Position numbers and translations under genes: made by a program
From: the human T2T-CHM13v2.0 reference genome, Homo sapiens
NCBI RefSeq assembly: GCF_009914755.1
Contig: NC_060938.1
Strand: one strand, 5' to 3'
Length of the DNA: 64,000 nucleotides
The notes under the pieces: generated by a model
What the model saw: only the letters and a program-made list of their open reading frames with translations
Told to the model about the DNA's origin: nothing
Databases searched by the model: none
Shown here: piece by piece, positions 14,547 through 28,032 of the stretch
Layout: each line of letters starts with the position of its first letter
Position numbering within the stretch: position 1 is the stretch's first letter

Positions 14547-16479
14547 CAAGTCTCTGTGTGCTCTGGCATTGAGACCAGGCTGAGATCAGCATTACACTGT
14601 AATACAATAAGAGGTTTAGCCATTGAACCAAGCCTGCTTGGCATCCCTAGTTAACAATTTACAGTACCTCGAAAGAAAAAAAAAAAAAAGCCAAAGGAAA
14701 GAACCTGGTAAGTTTCCTTCAGGACTTTTTCATCTTTAAATATTGTTGACAACATACAATAACTTAAATCCCAAAGCAAAGTGGGAATTCAAGGACACGG
14801 GGTCAGGACACATGAACAAGACACTGGAGCAGAGAAGGTCTAGGGATAAAAACTAGTAGCTAATTACAGAGCAACCAAACAAACACATGTGTGAACTTTC
14901 ACTTCACCTAGACTTAAAAGCCCTAAGGGGGAGGAAAAATCCCAAAGAAAGCTTTTCTGTGAACTAAGTAAAACCCATCTCCAATTCCTTTCCTTAATCC
15001 TCTACAAGCCTTAGACTATAAGATATCTGGGTTTCGGTGGGGAGTGCAGGATGAGTAGGGAGGGAAATCAGAAAAGAAAGTGAGCAAGTTCATCACCTCC
15101 CTTCTTTGCTACAACTGTGTATCAAAGGCATGTGGCTCAATGTGACAAAAAGGCAAAAGCCTGACCTCAAGTGCCCAGGGAGGAGACACAAGCTACAGTA
15201 AGGCTTCCAAGCTCAAGAGACTGAGAGAAAAGTGAGGAGAAGCTGGAATGAAGAGCAGCAACAGGGCACCTGCAGGCTGGAAACAGGAGAGAGGCTCACG
15301 GCCTTCAGTGGTATTGGGAGAAGAGCTACAGAATTGACATGTCCAGCTCCTGTGTGCTTCAAACCCCTGGAGTCATGGAGAGGAAACAGGGCGAGGAAGG
15401 CAGCCAGCAGCATCAAGGATGTCAGCTGAGACGTGCGAGGGTTCAAGTCCAGTCACAGGCAGATGACAGGTGAGCCAAGGACACAACTCCTCCTTGGGCA
15501 AAGGGCAATCTCAAAACCTCGGTGGACCTGAGCTAGGCCAACTTTATCTCAAGAGCTTCTAAGTAGTGGCTTAGAAATGTGCTCAGAGGAAAAAGAGAGG
15601 TGACTTTGGAACCAAGCAGATCAGCAACTTGCTTCCTAGCTGTGTGACCCTGGGCAAATTACAGAGCCATCAGAGCCTTGGTTTCCACATTCTTAAATGG
15701 GGGTAATACCCACATCCCAGAATTATTGTAAGGAGTCAAAAATTATATATATATGAATCACTAGGACAGCACCGCCCCCCACGTGGAAAAAAATTAATGA
15801 TTTCTTATCATGTATTATTCGTCTTTATAACTAGGCCAGGATACATCTTTGCCTCACTCTGATGGTGATGAAGAAAAGAGCCACAGCCAGCATGGCATCT
15901 GAACTGGAGGTAGAGATAAACGATGAGAATGAAATAAAGATGACAGAGGATGAGGAGGGTGGTGGAAACGATACTAGCAGAGGGTGTGATGGGCCAAATT
16001 CTGAAGACTCACTGTGCAGGCACAGAGCTAGGGAATGTGGCTCTTAGCATGCCAGGGAGTGAAAAAGCCTCCGTTCACTTTAGTCCCTTCTGAAATCTGG
16101 ACGAGAGAATGAATGAAGTTCATTCACTTCTGGAATTCAAACATGTTCCAAAGAGGTTTAAGAGGAGAATCTAAAGGAGCCTCTCTGCCATAATCACTTC
16201 CCTTCTCCAGAGAACACACACACACACAAGTGCCCTCAGGGCTGCAGAGCCAGAAAGGCAGCCAGAGAACACCAAGGAAATGTCACACCCAGGTATAGAT
16301 CCAAAGTTAAAAGCTCCTAGATGTTTCATTGCTGTAAGCCTACACACTCCTATTTAAATGCGAGCACCGCCAGAGAGCCACTGCCTCACTCAGGACCTGA
16401 GGGGAAGGGCAAGTAAAAATTTAAAACGTATTTCACAGTGGTACCTAAGCCCCTCTCACAGGTCCAGGTGAGGGGCAGG

Positions 16480-16655
16480 CAGGGCTGGGTATAGAGTGGA
16501 GTGAGGCCCTCACCTTGGGTTAAAATTTAAAGGGGTGCCAAAAAAAAAAAGAGCCTCAGTAATCAAGGTAAATCATATTGCAATGCAGTATTTTTTAAAA
16601 ATCAGAGTTATTGAAAAATTCCACGATGAATACAGTATCAAAATTTTAAGTCAGG
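16480..16655. mobile_element. MER96B-like hAT fragment in the 3' UTR
   Basis: cagggctggg...gtgaggc...aaaatttaaaggggtgccaaaaa...ctcagtaatcaagg...tatcaaaatttt. Confidence 0.6.
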
Positions 16656-17765
16656 CTTTGTCTGGGTTGGTGTCCAGGTGTGAAGGATCTCAGGAACAGG
16701 CAGCATACTATTTCTGAAACCTGGCCTTGGACTTCAGTGAGCGCAGGGCAAGGAACACCACGGCCCTGGGGCCCTCGCTCCCCAGGGCTCCGCTTGTGAC
16801 TACTCTGACCTCTGGGTTCAGAATGCCCAGACGTCTATCCCTCATGTTCCGGTAGGAGAGGCCTGTCTGTGCACCCCTGGAATGGTATTCTGCTGTCCAA
16901 TCCTGAGACACCTAACTAGTTAGACACCTATCTCGATAGACACCTGTCATGTCCACATCTGCCAATCAGCCTAGTAAAACTAGGTGATGAGTGCTTTCAA
17001 AGAGGGCAGGTCAGACCAGACAGGTAGGAAGATGGGTCAGGTGAAAGGCAGGTCTGTTTCCAAGGGTTAACAAAGAGAGGTGTGGAAAAGCTCAGCTCCT
17101 ATAACCAGCTGGGCCCCAAAGCTCTTCTCTCTATCCAGCTCAAGGCCCAAAGCAGGCTCCCCGTAGGGGATGGGGAACCACAGACAGTAAGAATCAGGAA
17201 GGACCAGTCCCACCGGCTCCTGATCATGGAGTGAGCCCAACACGAAGAGCAAAGCCAGGGCTCCCTAGGCAGCCTACAGAGGCCCCCGTACTTCCAGGGC
17301 CCAAGACGGGAAATGGATGAGGAAGCGGGTGGACATGACTGTCAATATCTCATCAGGACAAAATGAGAAAGAGCAGTCTGAGAGGAAGTCCATAAGAGAC
17401 TCACCTGGCCTGCACGGCTAACCATAAGTCCCGGGCTGAGTCATGATAATTAGGCACCTAAACCCTGTTAATTAGCCTTAATCGGCAGGATTTCAGCTTC
17501 CTCCTCCTGCCTTCCAACACCAGCACCTGAGTGGTGAGCACCCACCCAGGTAGCAATGCCAGGGAAAAGCCCAGGACTGAGGTCCTCTCCAGAAATAGCA
17601 ATGGATTTTCCTTTCATATGTGAATTTTCATTAATTTGAATTCCTAATCTAGGAATACGCTGATCCGACAGAAGAGATGCATTTGGTAATGCGTTTCTAA
17701 CAATAGTATACCTTGACAAAGACAAGTCATTCTCAGACCTAAAGCCAAAGAGAGAGGCAGGTACA

Positions 17766-17835
17766 TTAGGGTGAACCATATGAAATAGCTGATATTCGAC
17801 TGTTTTTGACGTAAAACCGTACGTATATTTCACAC
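17766..17835. mobile_element. MADE2 (Hsmar2-derived MITE) remnant in the 3' UTR running into (CA)n
   Basis: ttagggtgaaccatatgaaatagctgatattcgactgtttttgac resembles the MADE2 consensus. Confidence 0.65.
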
Positions 17836-18472
17836 ACACACACACACACACTTTTCTGCACCAAGGGAAGCAATCTGGCAAGGCTGCAGTTTCTGTGCAG
17901 GACTCATGGCCCCAGGACCATACATTTGAAAGTTAGAAGGGCTTCAGGAGGGAAAGTAGATAGCATCGTCCCCAGTTCACAGTAGGCTTCTGAAGTCCAG
18001 TGAGGGGAAAAGATATGTGCAAATTCACACACCCAGGAAGTAGGCAGCTTTTATCACCAGGTTCCTGCCAACACGGTTTCAACCCCAAGGTGTACCATTC
18101 ACAGCCATCCAGTCTTCAGTGCCCTCTGCTCTTTGCTTTGTTAAAAGTGAGCTGGATGAGTTAGGATTGCTCGGGAGGTGTCTCCTTCACACAAGGGAAG
18201 GAGGAGGGAGGGAGGTCTCCAATGTGGGGACCACAGAGGCAAGAGAGTTCATGAAAAGTCAGGTCTAGATGTCCTTGGGGTATCTCATTGTGTCCCTGAG
18301 CAACAGTAGCCTGAGGGAAAGGGGGCTTAGTGACCATGACACATGTCCCAAGAACAAGGGGACCCTTTTCCAAAGATTCTTCCAGGAACTGGGATGATCC
18401 CAGGCTCTAAACAAATCAGACTGATGACCCCAAGAAATGAGAGACAGCCAACTGTCACTCTGATGTTGCTAC

Positions 18473-18545
18473 CAACCTCCCTCTCTCATTTCCTTCTCTG
18501 TAAGACACAACCTCCCTCTCCCATTTCCTTCTCTGTAAGACACAA
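18473..18545. repeat. 35-bp tandem duplication in the 3' UTR
   Basis: caacctccctctc(t/c)catttccttctctgtaagaca twice, one mismatch. Confidence 0.95.
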
Positions 18546-20068
18546 GTGGTGAGGATGACATTGGCAGACAGCATCAGACAAGTTAGGTGGGGGAATTAGG
18601 AAAGAATGCTTGTCAACACCAGATGCTATATAAATGCGGCAGAAGGGCATGGGCCCGACCAGGGCCCCCATTAGTCATGCTCAACCACCTCCAAATCACT
18701 CCTCTTCCAGAAGCCAAAGGACGAAAGAAAAGGCAAGTTCCCTCAAGGCAAAGGTGATGAGAGCCACACTCTCAACTTCAGCGATTCATCCTGTATAGAT
18801 GAAAGAAGCTTCCTCTAGGAGCTGGCAAGGAGCTATGGTGTTTCACTGACCTTCTCTGATACATACACCCAACTCCCTTGAGAGGAAAGCATGTGATGAT
18901 TGCTTTTAAAGGAAGGAAATCTGAGAGGGGCTAAAGAGACAAGCCTATGGCCACACAGCAAAAGCAGAATGGGGAATGCAGCCAACCTGTTCAGTTCTGA
19001 GCCCAGTGGCCTCACTCAGCAATTAGTCCAAGCCACTTTTTCATTTCTCTTCACTTGAATTTTCATCTTTAAGCATTTCCCCTTCTCTACTAGCAAGGGT
19101 ATCAAATGTACAAGGAAAATGATGTCATTTTGCAAAGGTCAGGAGGAAAAGTTAGCACTATTCTGAGTTGTCCAGATGTAAGATATCATTGTTGCTATTA
19201 CTGCTACCACCAGACCCTAGGGATGCCACAGGATGCCAAGTGAAGAGGATCCGCCAAAGCCTCTCAGAAATAACATACAGATAACTGAGGTATCTACTCA
19301 GCCTCCTGGCAGCAGTCTGGATCCCCAAGAGGGTCAAAAGGGGATAATCCGAATCAGCGGTAGGAGCTGAAGAATCCAAGAAGCAGGGGCAGAGAGCAGT
19401 ATCTGTTCCTATTACCATCTTCCATGAAGTTAGCACCTGCCAAGAGCAGAAGGAACGTGTCTTTGTGCAAAGGGAAGGCAGAGGAAAGGGGGGCCGGCTA
19501 CTGCCACTCAAGTGGCTTCATCCACAGCTCCAGGGCCTGCTCCCGACCAGGACCACAGAACAAGGGAACCTGAGCGAATAGAAAGCCACTGAGACCTGCT
19601 ACTACTATACAGATCCTTAGCCCATCTCCAACCTTGCCCCACTGAGAGAGTGCAGCAGTCAGGGGCCCATCAGAGACCAGGTGTGTAGGAGCTGAGAGAT
19701 GGTAACTGTTCCTTCTTCATGGATGCTCACAGTAGCACCTTTGGATAGCCCTGCTTTTGCTTCTTTCAGGTACAATTATTTCCTTAGCAAAGACCCAGGC
19801 TTGCTTTATCTTTCCCCACAGTGGACAAGTAAGGATGGCACTCAACCTCTCACTCAATGGCAGGTGACCATCATTCAGTTACACTACATCAGTTACACTA
19901 CATCTAGAAAGATGGCTGCAACCTACCACAATGGCAAAAGTTAAAAATGAGCAAAGGAAAAATCTCTGCTTCATACCACAGAGCACTGTGTATAGGCAGC
20001 ATGGTTTGGAGGGCCACAAGAGGGCCATTTAGTGGAGCCAAGGATATACAGATGTGTTCATGGTTTAG

Positions 20069-20575
<507 letters not shown>

Positions 20576-22383
20576 TGAACAAAGAGAAGGACACAGAAGA
20601 GAAGCAATAACAAAACCTTGGGCAATAAAACCAGTAGCGCCTTCCCGTCCAAGACTTGGTGGGCCCCTTGAACCAAAGTGCTAATGGGCTCATAAAGCAA
20701 GGAACAAGGTCACCCCTTTAGTGACCCCAAGGCAGGACATCTATCCCAGTTATAGAGAAAGAGCAGTGACCAATTCATCACTGTTGCCAGCTGCACATCC
20801 AGGCAGCAAATGCAAGGAACCTGCTGAGTGACCTCCAAGACAAAAGACAGTGGAGCAGCATTCAGAGAGTCTTGAGGGAAGAGGGGAATGACCTTGAGAC
20901 TCTACTCCCAATCAAGTCGTCATTCCCACATAAAGACAACTGTTCACACATAACACAGGAGGCCTCAGAGTAGTGGCATGGAGAAGACATACACGAGAAA
21001 GCTTTAGAGGAAGCTCAACATTCAAGTTAAGGAAACAACTTCCAGGAAGGTCAGGGTTGGCCTCTGCTATCCTTCCTACTCAGCTCATGGTCCAGAGCCC
21101 AGCATGAGGGGCTACCTGTGCACAGGCCTTGGTCAGTTTTCAGTATGGGGGACCTCAAGGTTATTGTACATCAGCGGCTCCCTGGGCACCCTATAAATAG
21201 CACTTTGCCACATGCATTTACAGAAGGTACTCCTGCTGGCTCCATTTTACTTCAAGGGCATCACAACATGGATGGCCCAGTTGAGAGTGAATTCCCAAGT
21301 CCCAATGTCCAGGTGGCCATATGGTATTCTGCTTCATAGCTGTTCTAGGGCATTGCGGTGATATCTACTAACCAAACATAACCAAAAGCCCACAAACTCC
21401 AGGGATTAGAGTGAAGACCAAAGGAAGGGAGTAACACATAAAGTTCAGACAGCAAAAGGAACAGACAGTGGAATTTTGTCTCTGACTTAGAACTGGCACC
21501 AGTGAGTGAGTCCCCCAAGAAACTATTCCTGGGATGAGCAGATGATTGTATCCGAACCTGGTCTGACGAGGTCCTGACCCCAAGTAGCTAGATGGGTACC
21601 CTCAATACTTGCTGGTTTGCCCTTTGCCGAGAGTTTCCAAAAAGAACAAGGACATACTTCATGAACCTCTTCATTGCAACTTTACTGTATTTTTCCTAAC
21701 ATCCCCGTCCCCCCGTTCTCACTGAGGCAGTTCCCCTTTCCACCTGTGGGCTCAGATAAATAGGTGGGGCACCTGGAAGTGCAGATAGGCAGTGCCAGGT
21801 CTATCAAGCCCTATGACCCCACACTGGGCCACCTTGCTTTCAGTCTTCCTGCTAGCATGAAAGGGCTTAGGACACAGAAAAGCTCCTATCTCGAACCAAG
21901 CCAGATTCCCATTCCTGGGTGTTGGGGGACAGCGGAGGAGGACCAAAATCAATCACAGAATATCCAACACTGGTGTTTGGGAAGCTGAACTCGGGGCTGA
22001 CAAAGGGACCCTATGACAGCTCTGCGCACACCCAACTGGCTGAGGAGAGGGAGCAGCAGACAGATTTGGCTGAGTGACTCTGCAGGGTCACTCTAAAGGC
22101 AAGGAAGACTGTGGAGGGTGGGGGACATGCATGCACCCCTTCCTCCCCTACACAGCCAGAGCTGATGGCCACAGCCCCTCCAGTGGACACGGGTAGAAAG
22201 GCCCTGCAGGGCAGGAGACCCTCTGAAGTGGCCCTGTTTCCATCCCTTCCATCTTCAAAGTGCATTATCAGTGCAAGAAGTAGGGCTGGATCTCAGGGGG
22301 TCCAACCCTGAGAAAGGGCTGTGCCCGCCAGCTCCCCTCATCTCCGCTGGCTGTCCCCCTTGCCCGCCCCAATCCTTTTCGTG

Positions 22384-22868
22384 CTAAGACCAGAACTCCT
22401 GCTGGATCTCATAAGGGGCAGGCCTGTGTGTGTTCAGTTCCGCTCTGCACAGCGGCACGGTGCTGTCCTGACTCTGCCCCTCTGCATCCAGGTCCAGGAG
22501 CGTCCGCTCAGTCGGGGGCAGCGGCCCTGCCTGGAACGGGAGCAGGGCTGGAAGTCCAGGCCGCTCCTCTACAGTGCTGCTACTGCTAGCAAAGCAGGAG
22601 TCCAGGTTGCTGGGCGTCTCTGTGCTGGAGCTGTTGGCTGGGGAGGTGCTGCGGGCATGGCTGGGGGACACAAACCACCAAGGGTCCAGCCGTTGCCGGT
22701 TGGCAGAAGGACGCGGCCGAGGCAGAAACTCCAGAGTCTTGGGTCTCTCCAAGGTAGAGTCCTGCTGAGTGTTCCAGCGCCTTGGGGTTGGGGGGAAGAC
22801 CACATTGGGGTCAGGGAGACGGGGGAATTCACCTGGGTCTCGGCTGGGACTGGGGGTTTTCAACATTC
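22384..22868 (-). CDS. MAP3K9: MAP3K9 last coding exon (CDS part, to the TAG stop)
   Basis: Acceptor tttttgaccag|GA; [22 protein letters not shown]...[14 protein letters not shown]...[19 protein letters not shown]...EFWS*. Confidence 0.96.
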
Positions 22869-22923
22869 CTGGTCAAAAAGACAAAAGGAGAAGCATCAGA
22901 TGAGGCACCATATTTCGGGGTTA

Positions 22924-23619
<696 letters not shown>

Positions 23620-23894
23620 TCAAGGGCATGTCTGTTCATTTACTGCTCATCCATGTAATAAACATGTGACGGGAACAGAGCTAGGTATCAGAAGTCCAAA
23701 GGTGAGTAATGTAGGGTTTCTGTTCCCAAAGAGGTCACATATCTGAGTATAACAAAAAACAGGAGGGCAGGTCAAGCCAAACAGTTAAATACAACTGTTG
23801 TTGACACTTAAATCTCATTGAAAGGGTATTACTATGCTCCCTTTTCCTACTGGATTAGAGGCTGTTTCCAAGTCAGACTTAGGTCTTCCAGGGA

Positions 23895-23935
23895 GAAAGA
23901 GATGGTGACAGGAAAGAGATGGTGACAGGAAAGAG
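23895..23935. repeat. 17-bp tandem duplication
   Basis: gaaagagatggtgacag about 2.4 copies. Confidence 0.9.
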
Positions 23936-24542
23936 TGTGTGTCCCCAGGTGTCAGATGTCGAGGGCAGTCATATGCACGGGGATAGCAATTTGCCTGGAC
24001 TCATCTCCACGCCTGAAGAGGCAGGTATGAGTCAGGGGTGAGTGTTGAAGAGTGTGATGAATGGGTGGAAGCCTGCCTTCTGAGTGTGTGTGAACTAATG
24101 CTATAATGAGAGGCAAAATCCCAGCTATGTGGCAGAAAATACTGCTCCCACATGCAGTGCAAGATTCCTTCCTGGAAAATGCATCATCCTCCTCAGGGAA
24201 TAACTAGAAGCTAGACTCCTGCCCTTCCTGTGCCCTGAAAACACTACCCTACCCTAAGACTCAGGGTCTGGACATTCCAAAGGAGTCCCAGGTCTTCTGA
24301 TTCTTCCTAGAACCTGCCTGTCTTCTTTCAATCCTCAGGGAAGACCCCTGAGGCACAGGTCAGAGAAAAGTCAGCCAGCCCTGGCTGCCTCCCTGATCCC
24401 AGATCTGTATTTCTTGATTGGCTAAGAGGAGGAATGGTGTTCACTCAAATCCCGAAGTGGAAAGAGAAAATGAGGCCTGCAAACATCTTCACTCCCTGAG
24501 GAGGCACAAAGAAAGGAAAGAGAAAAGAGGAAGAAGACTCAC

Positions 24543-25346
24543 CTGCTCCAGGACTGGGGCTCAACCCATTGCTGGAGGGGCTCCTGCTGGCTAGGAGAGT
24601 CTCTGGCTTAAGGGCCCCATCAGAAGGAGTCCGCCGGTGACTGCTGGGCTGCGAGGGGGTGGTGAGGGTGACATGGGTGGGAGTCAGAGATTGGTTAGGA
24701 TCTCGTTTGAAGCGCTCTACTCGGACATTGACCAGGGGGTTGTGGGTACATGGACTCAGGGGAGGGGCCTCGACTGGGCTGACTGGCATCTCATACACGA
24801 CAATTTCATCGCTGTCGGAGCGCAGCAGGGAGCGTGTGGAGTTGCACTCGGAGATGGAGGAGAGGGAGAGCAGCGTCAGGGAGGCAGAGGGGTCTCCTAG
24901 CAACAGCATGGGCTCCTCCTTCTTGAAAAGCTTTCGGGATGGGGGGCTGGTGCTCCGACGAGGACGGCTGGACCTCTGAAAAAGACCCTCCCGTCTTTTC
25001 TTCTCCTCCCGGGCTGGTGGCTCAGGCTCCTCCAGGGGAAGCAGCTGGCACTTGCCAGCTTCCAGCAAGTCAAACCCTAGGCCTGTGGCTGCCAGAACAG
25101 CCCCACAGCCGAGCAGAGCCACCTCGCAGCGGCGGTGGTGGGCACCGCCCCGCTTGAGGCTGTTGGTTGGCGTCAGCTGAGGGGTACTCGTGGCCGAGTT
25201 GACTGGGGTGGGCTCCTCATGGATTCCATCACTGGAGGGGCCATCGCCATCCTCTCCACGAGGGAATGGGATACAGAGGTAGGACTGGCTGGGTGAATGC
25301 TGTAGGCGACTCTCTCCACTCCCTGGGCCTTCACTGTCCTCATCCT
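24543..25346 (-). CDS. MAP3K9: MAP3K9 penultimate coding exon (Ser/Pro-rich region)
   Basis: Acceptor atcttcacag|AG and donor G|gtgagt; 804 nt within the 337-aa ORF; EDEDSEGPG...HRRTPSDGALK...SPSPGA. Confidence 0.96.
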
Positions 25347-25618
25347 CTGTGAAGATGACAAGAGTGGAAGAGAAACAGGAAATGGAAATGAGGTGGCAGG
25401 AATAAGAATCTGGCCCTTTCCCCTCACCCCAGGCCTCCTGTCTCAGTCTCAGGGACACAAAGGTTCAATGGTGTGATGAGCAGGACATGGAATTGAACAC
25501 TGAACCAAGGGGGCTTTATCCACCCCCCAACACAGGGAAACCACTCTCCATTCCAGAGCCCATTTCCTTAGAGCAGAATAAAAGATCCGCTAATTTGCCA
25601 TTTCTTTCATAAGGGATC

Positions 25619-26208
25619 TGTGATAGTGACTTGGGTATCCACTTGACTGGACTGAGGGATGCCTGCATGGCTGGTGAAGCACAGTTGCTGGGTGTGTCTG
25701 TGAGGCTGTTTCCAGGGGAGACTAAGATGGGAGTCAGGGGGCAGGGAGAGGAAGACCCACCTTCAATGTCGATGGGCACCACCCAACTGGCTGCCAGCAA
25801 GGCTAGAACAAAGCAGGCAGAAAAAGGGGGATGCTCAGTTTGCTGAGCTTCCTCTCTCTGTTTCTCCCTTCTGGAGAGGGACACTTTTTCTCCTCTTGCC
25901 CTTGGAAATCAGAGTCCAGGTTCTTCAGCCTTTGGACTCTCAGACTTGTAACTGAGGCCTTTCGGAGGCTCTCAGGCCTCAGACTGGGAGCTGCACTGCT
26001 GGTTTCCCTGGTGTTAAGGCTTTCAAACTGGGATTGAGCCACTCTACTGTCTTCCCTGGGAGCCATACTACAGGCTTTTCTCATTCTCCAGCTTGCAGAC
26101 GGCCTGTCATGGGACTTTGCCTTTGTAACTGTGTGAGACAATTCTCCCTAATAAACTTCCTTTTGGTTGCTATTGGTTCTCTCCCTCTGGAGAACCCTGA
26201 CTAATACC
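25619..26208 (+). mobile_element. MLT2-family (ERV-L) solo LTR, antisense to MAP3K9
   Basis: tgtgat...acttgactggactgagggatgcc...ctgggtgtgtctgtgagg...gctgccagcaaggctagaacaaagcaggcag...ctaataaac...tctggagaaccctgactaatac. Confidence 0.88.
25761..25802 (-). CDS. MAP3K9: MAP3K9 alternative 42-nt cassette exon derived from an MLT2 LTR
   Basis: Acceptor gctttgttctag|CC and donor G|gtgggt; phase 1-1; adds ALLAASWVVPIDIE (14 aa), matching my recollection of an 1118-aa isoform. Confidence 0.8.
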
Positions 26209-26389
26209 GGCCCCTTAACACAAGTGTAGTATGAGTTTCTAGAACACTGAACATTCTAGAACAAAAACATTCCCAATGTTTCCTCCATGAAGCAGTGCTA
26301 GGGGTCCTTAAATGGTCCTAGAAGCTTGGGCAAGAATGCCCCCAGGGAGCAGGGAGACAGCCAAGACTCTCAAGAGGAGCTATGCTTAC

Positions 26390-26502
26390 CCATCTCCATA
26401 AGGCTGGTGAACCCTGGCAGGGCCGGGCTACTCCTTGGGCCCTTCACCAGGTTGGGGGCACTGGACGACCACTGCTTATATCCATCTACCAGGGACTTGA
26501 GG
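26390..26502 (-). CDS. MAP3K9: MAP3K9 coding exon
   Basis: Acceptor ctgattcag|C and donor G|gtaagc; 113 nt; [37 protein letters not shown] (MLK-family WSSSAPNL motif). Confidence 0.94.
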
Positions 26503-27963
26503 CTGAATCAGAGGAAAAGAGGAAACTGTCAGAACTGGTTACCTTTCTTACTTGACCCTCAGCTCCATGGGTCTATGGAGACGTTTCTCCCTGCCTGCTT
26601 CATTCTACCAAAGAACCTTGGAGTACATACAGGCAATGACTCTTACCAAGCCCACCTGCTTCACAAACAGAAATGCACATGCTCCAGGGAAGAAAAGGGC
26701 AATGACATGACCCATCCCCCTCACATGCTGCTGTGGAACTGTAGAAAGAACTAGTGGGCAAGCTGGCAAGCAGACAGAAAGAATAAGGATGGCCCTGCTG
26801 GCTGGGGGTCTTGCCTGAGCCCATCTCAAGAGAGAAGCACTCGAAGCAGACACTGGACACAACACATTCATGGCATGACAGTTACGGTGATGCAAAGACC
26901 TGCGAAGCCAGGCAAGCACCGGGCAGCCGAGCTAGCAGAGGTGGACCAGGCTACTCCACATAAGGCATTTCTCAGGCTTTCCTTCCAAGCTTTATGGCAT
27001 GCTTAGGCAACTTTCAAAGCCATCCCCTTTTTAAAAGGCAAAACCAACCCACAAAGCTGCACCAACCCAGTGCACTGTGGGACAGACCTATGTGGGTAGT
27101 GCACAGTGCTGAAGCAGAGCCCTTGGTCTGTCTGGGGGTGGAGAGACAGAGGACAGGAGCTCGCTTTCAAATCCCTGTCATCAGCCCATATGGAAAGCCG
27201 GTAACTCTCCGAGGATACAGCCTGGGCACCCTGCCAACCACTTTGTAGGAGGGGGGAACCAGAGGCCTAGAAGCACTGGTCTTTTCCCTAGAGGACAGTA
27301 AAAGGGAGGACTGAGGAATCTGTGGGCTATGGTTGCCCTGGAAATATTGGGATTATGACCAGAGTGGCTCTTTTTTTTTTTTTTTTAAGTCTAGGAAGAA
27401 TCATTCAACTAAAGACCACTTTCCCCAAAGTCCCAGCCATCTTGAGAGAGACAGAGGACCAACTTTTTCGCTGTTCAGAATTCTGTTTCAAGTGCTATCA
27501 GAAATACCAGCAAATTAAAGTACATCCCAACCACCACTGGTTTCAACCAAAATATAGTCAGAGATAAGCCTGCTGCCAAACCCACAGCCTGGGGCTTCCT
27601 ACTGAGACTCTCGTAACATCACTTCCAGCTCTGGATCCAGGAAAATCCAGATTAGTAAAGTCAAAACCAGTGCTGAAGACCAAAGGATAAATAGCCACAT
27701 ATCTAAGCCTCTCTAAAACCAAGAGTGCCAGGAGTATCCTAATTGGAGTGGTCAGTGGAGTGAAGAATATGGTAAAATTAGATCAACACAGGAATTTTCC
27801 CAAGGTGCACAATGGTACTGCTTAAAACAAAAACAAAAACAAAAAAGTCAGTTCAGCCCTGGCAATAACGAGGCTTGATTCTATGGGGTATGCTGTAAGA
27901 ACAAGGAAATGGAAGGGAGATTGTTACCAGGACAGTTGGTGAAAGGGTGAAGATGAGACTCAC

Positions 27964-28032
27964 CCCAAGTGGAAATGTGGAGATTCTGATGGGGTACTTA
28001 AACCATTAGCTTTCTCACGTCTCTGAGGGGAT
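27964..28032 (-). CDS. MAP3K9: MAP3K9 69-nt symmetric (phase 2-2) coding exon
   Basis: Acceptor ttcattgaag|A and donor GG|gtgagt; SPQRREKANGLSTPSESPHFHLG; frame-neutral. Confidence 0.88.

Noticed and set aside
22336-22386. Possible stop-codon read-through (UAG followed by CAC)
   Set aside because: Does not match the known UAG-CARYYA or UGA-CUAG motifs, and only 15 codons follow before a TGA.
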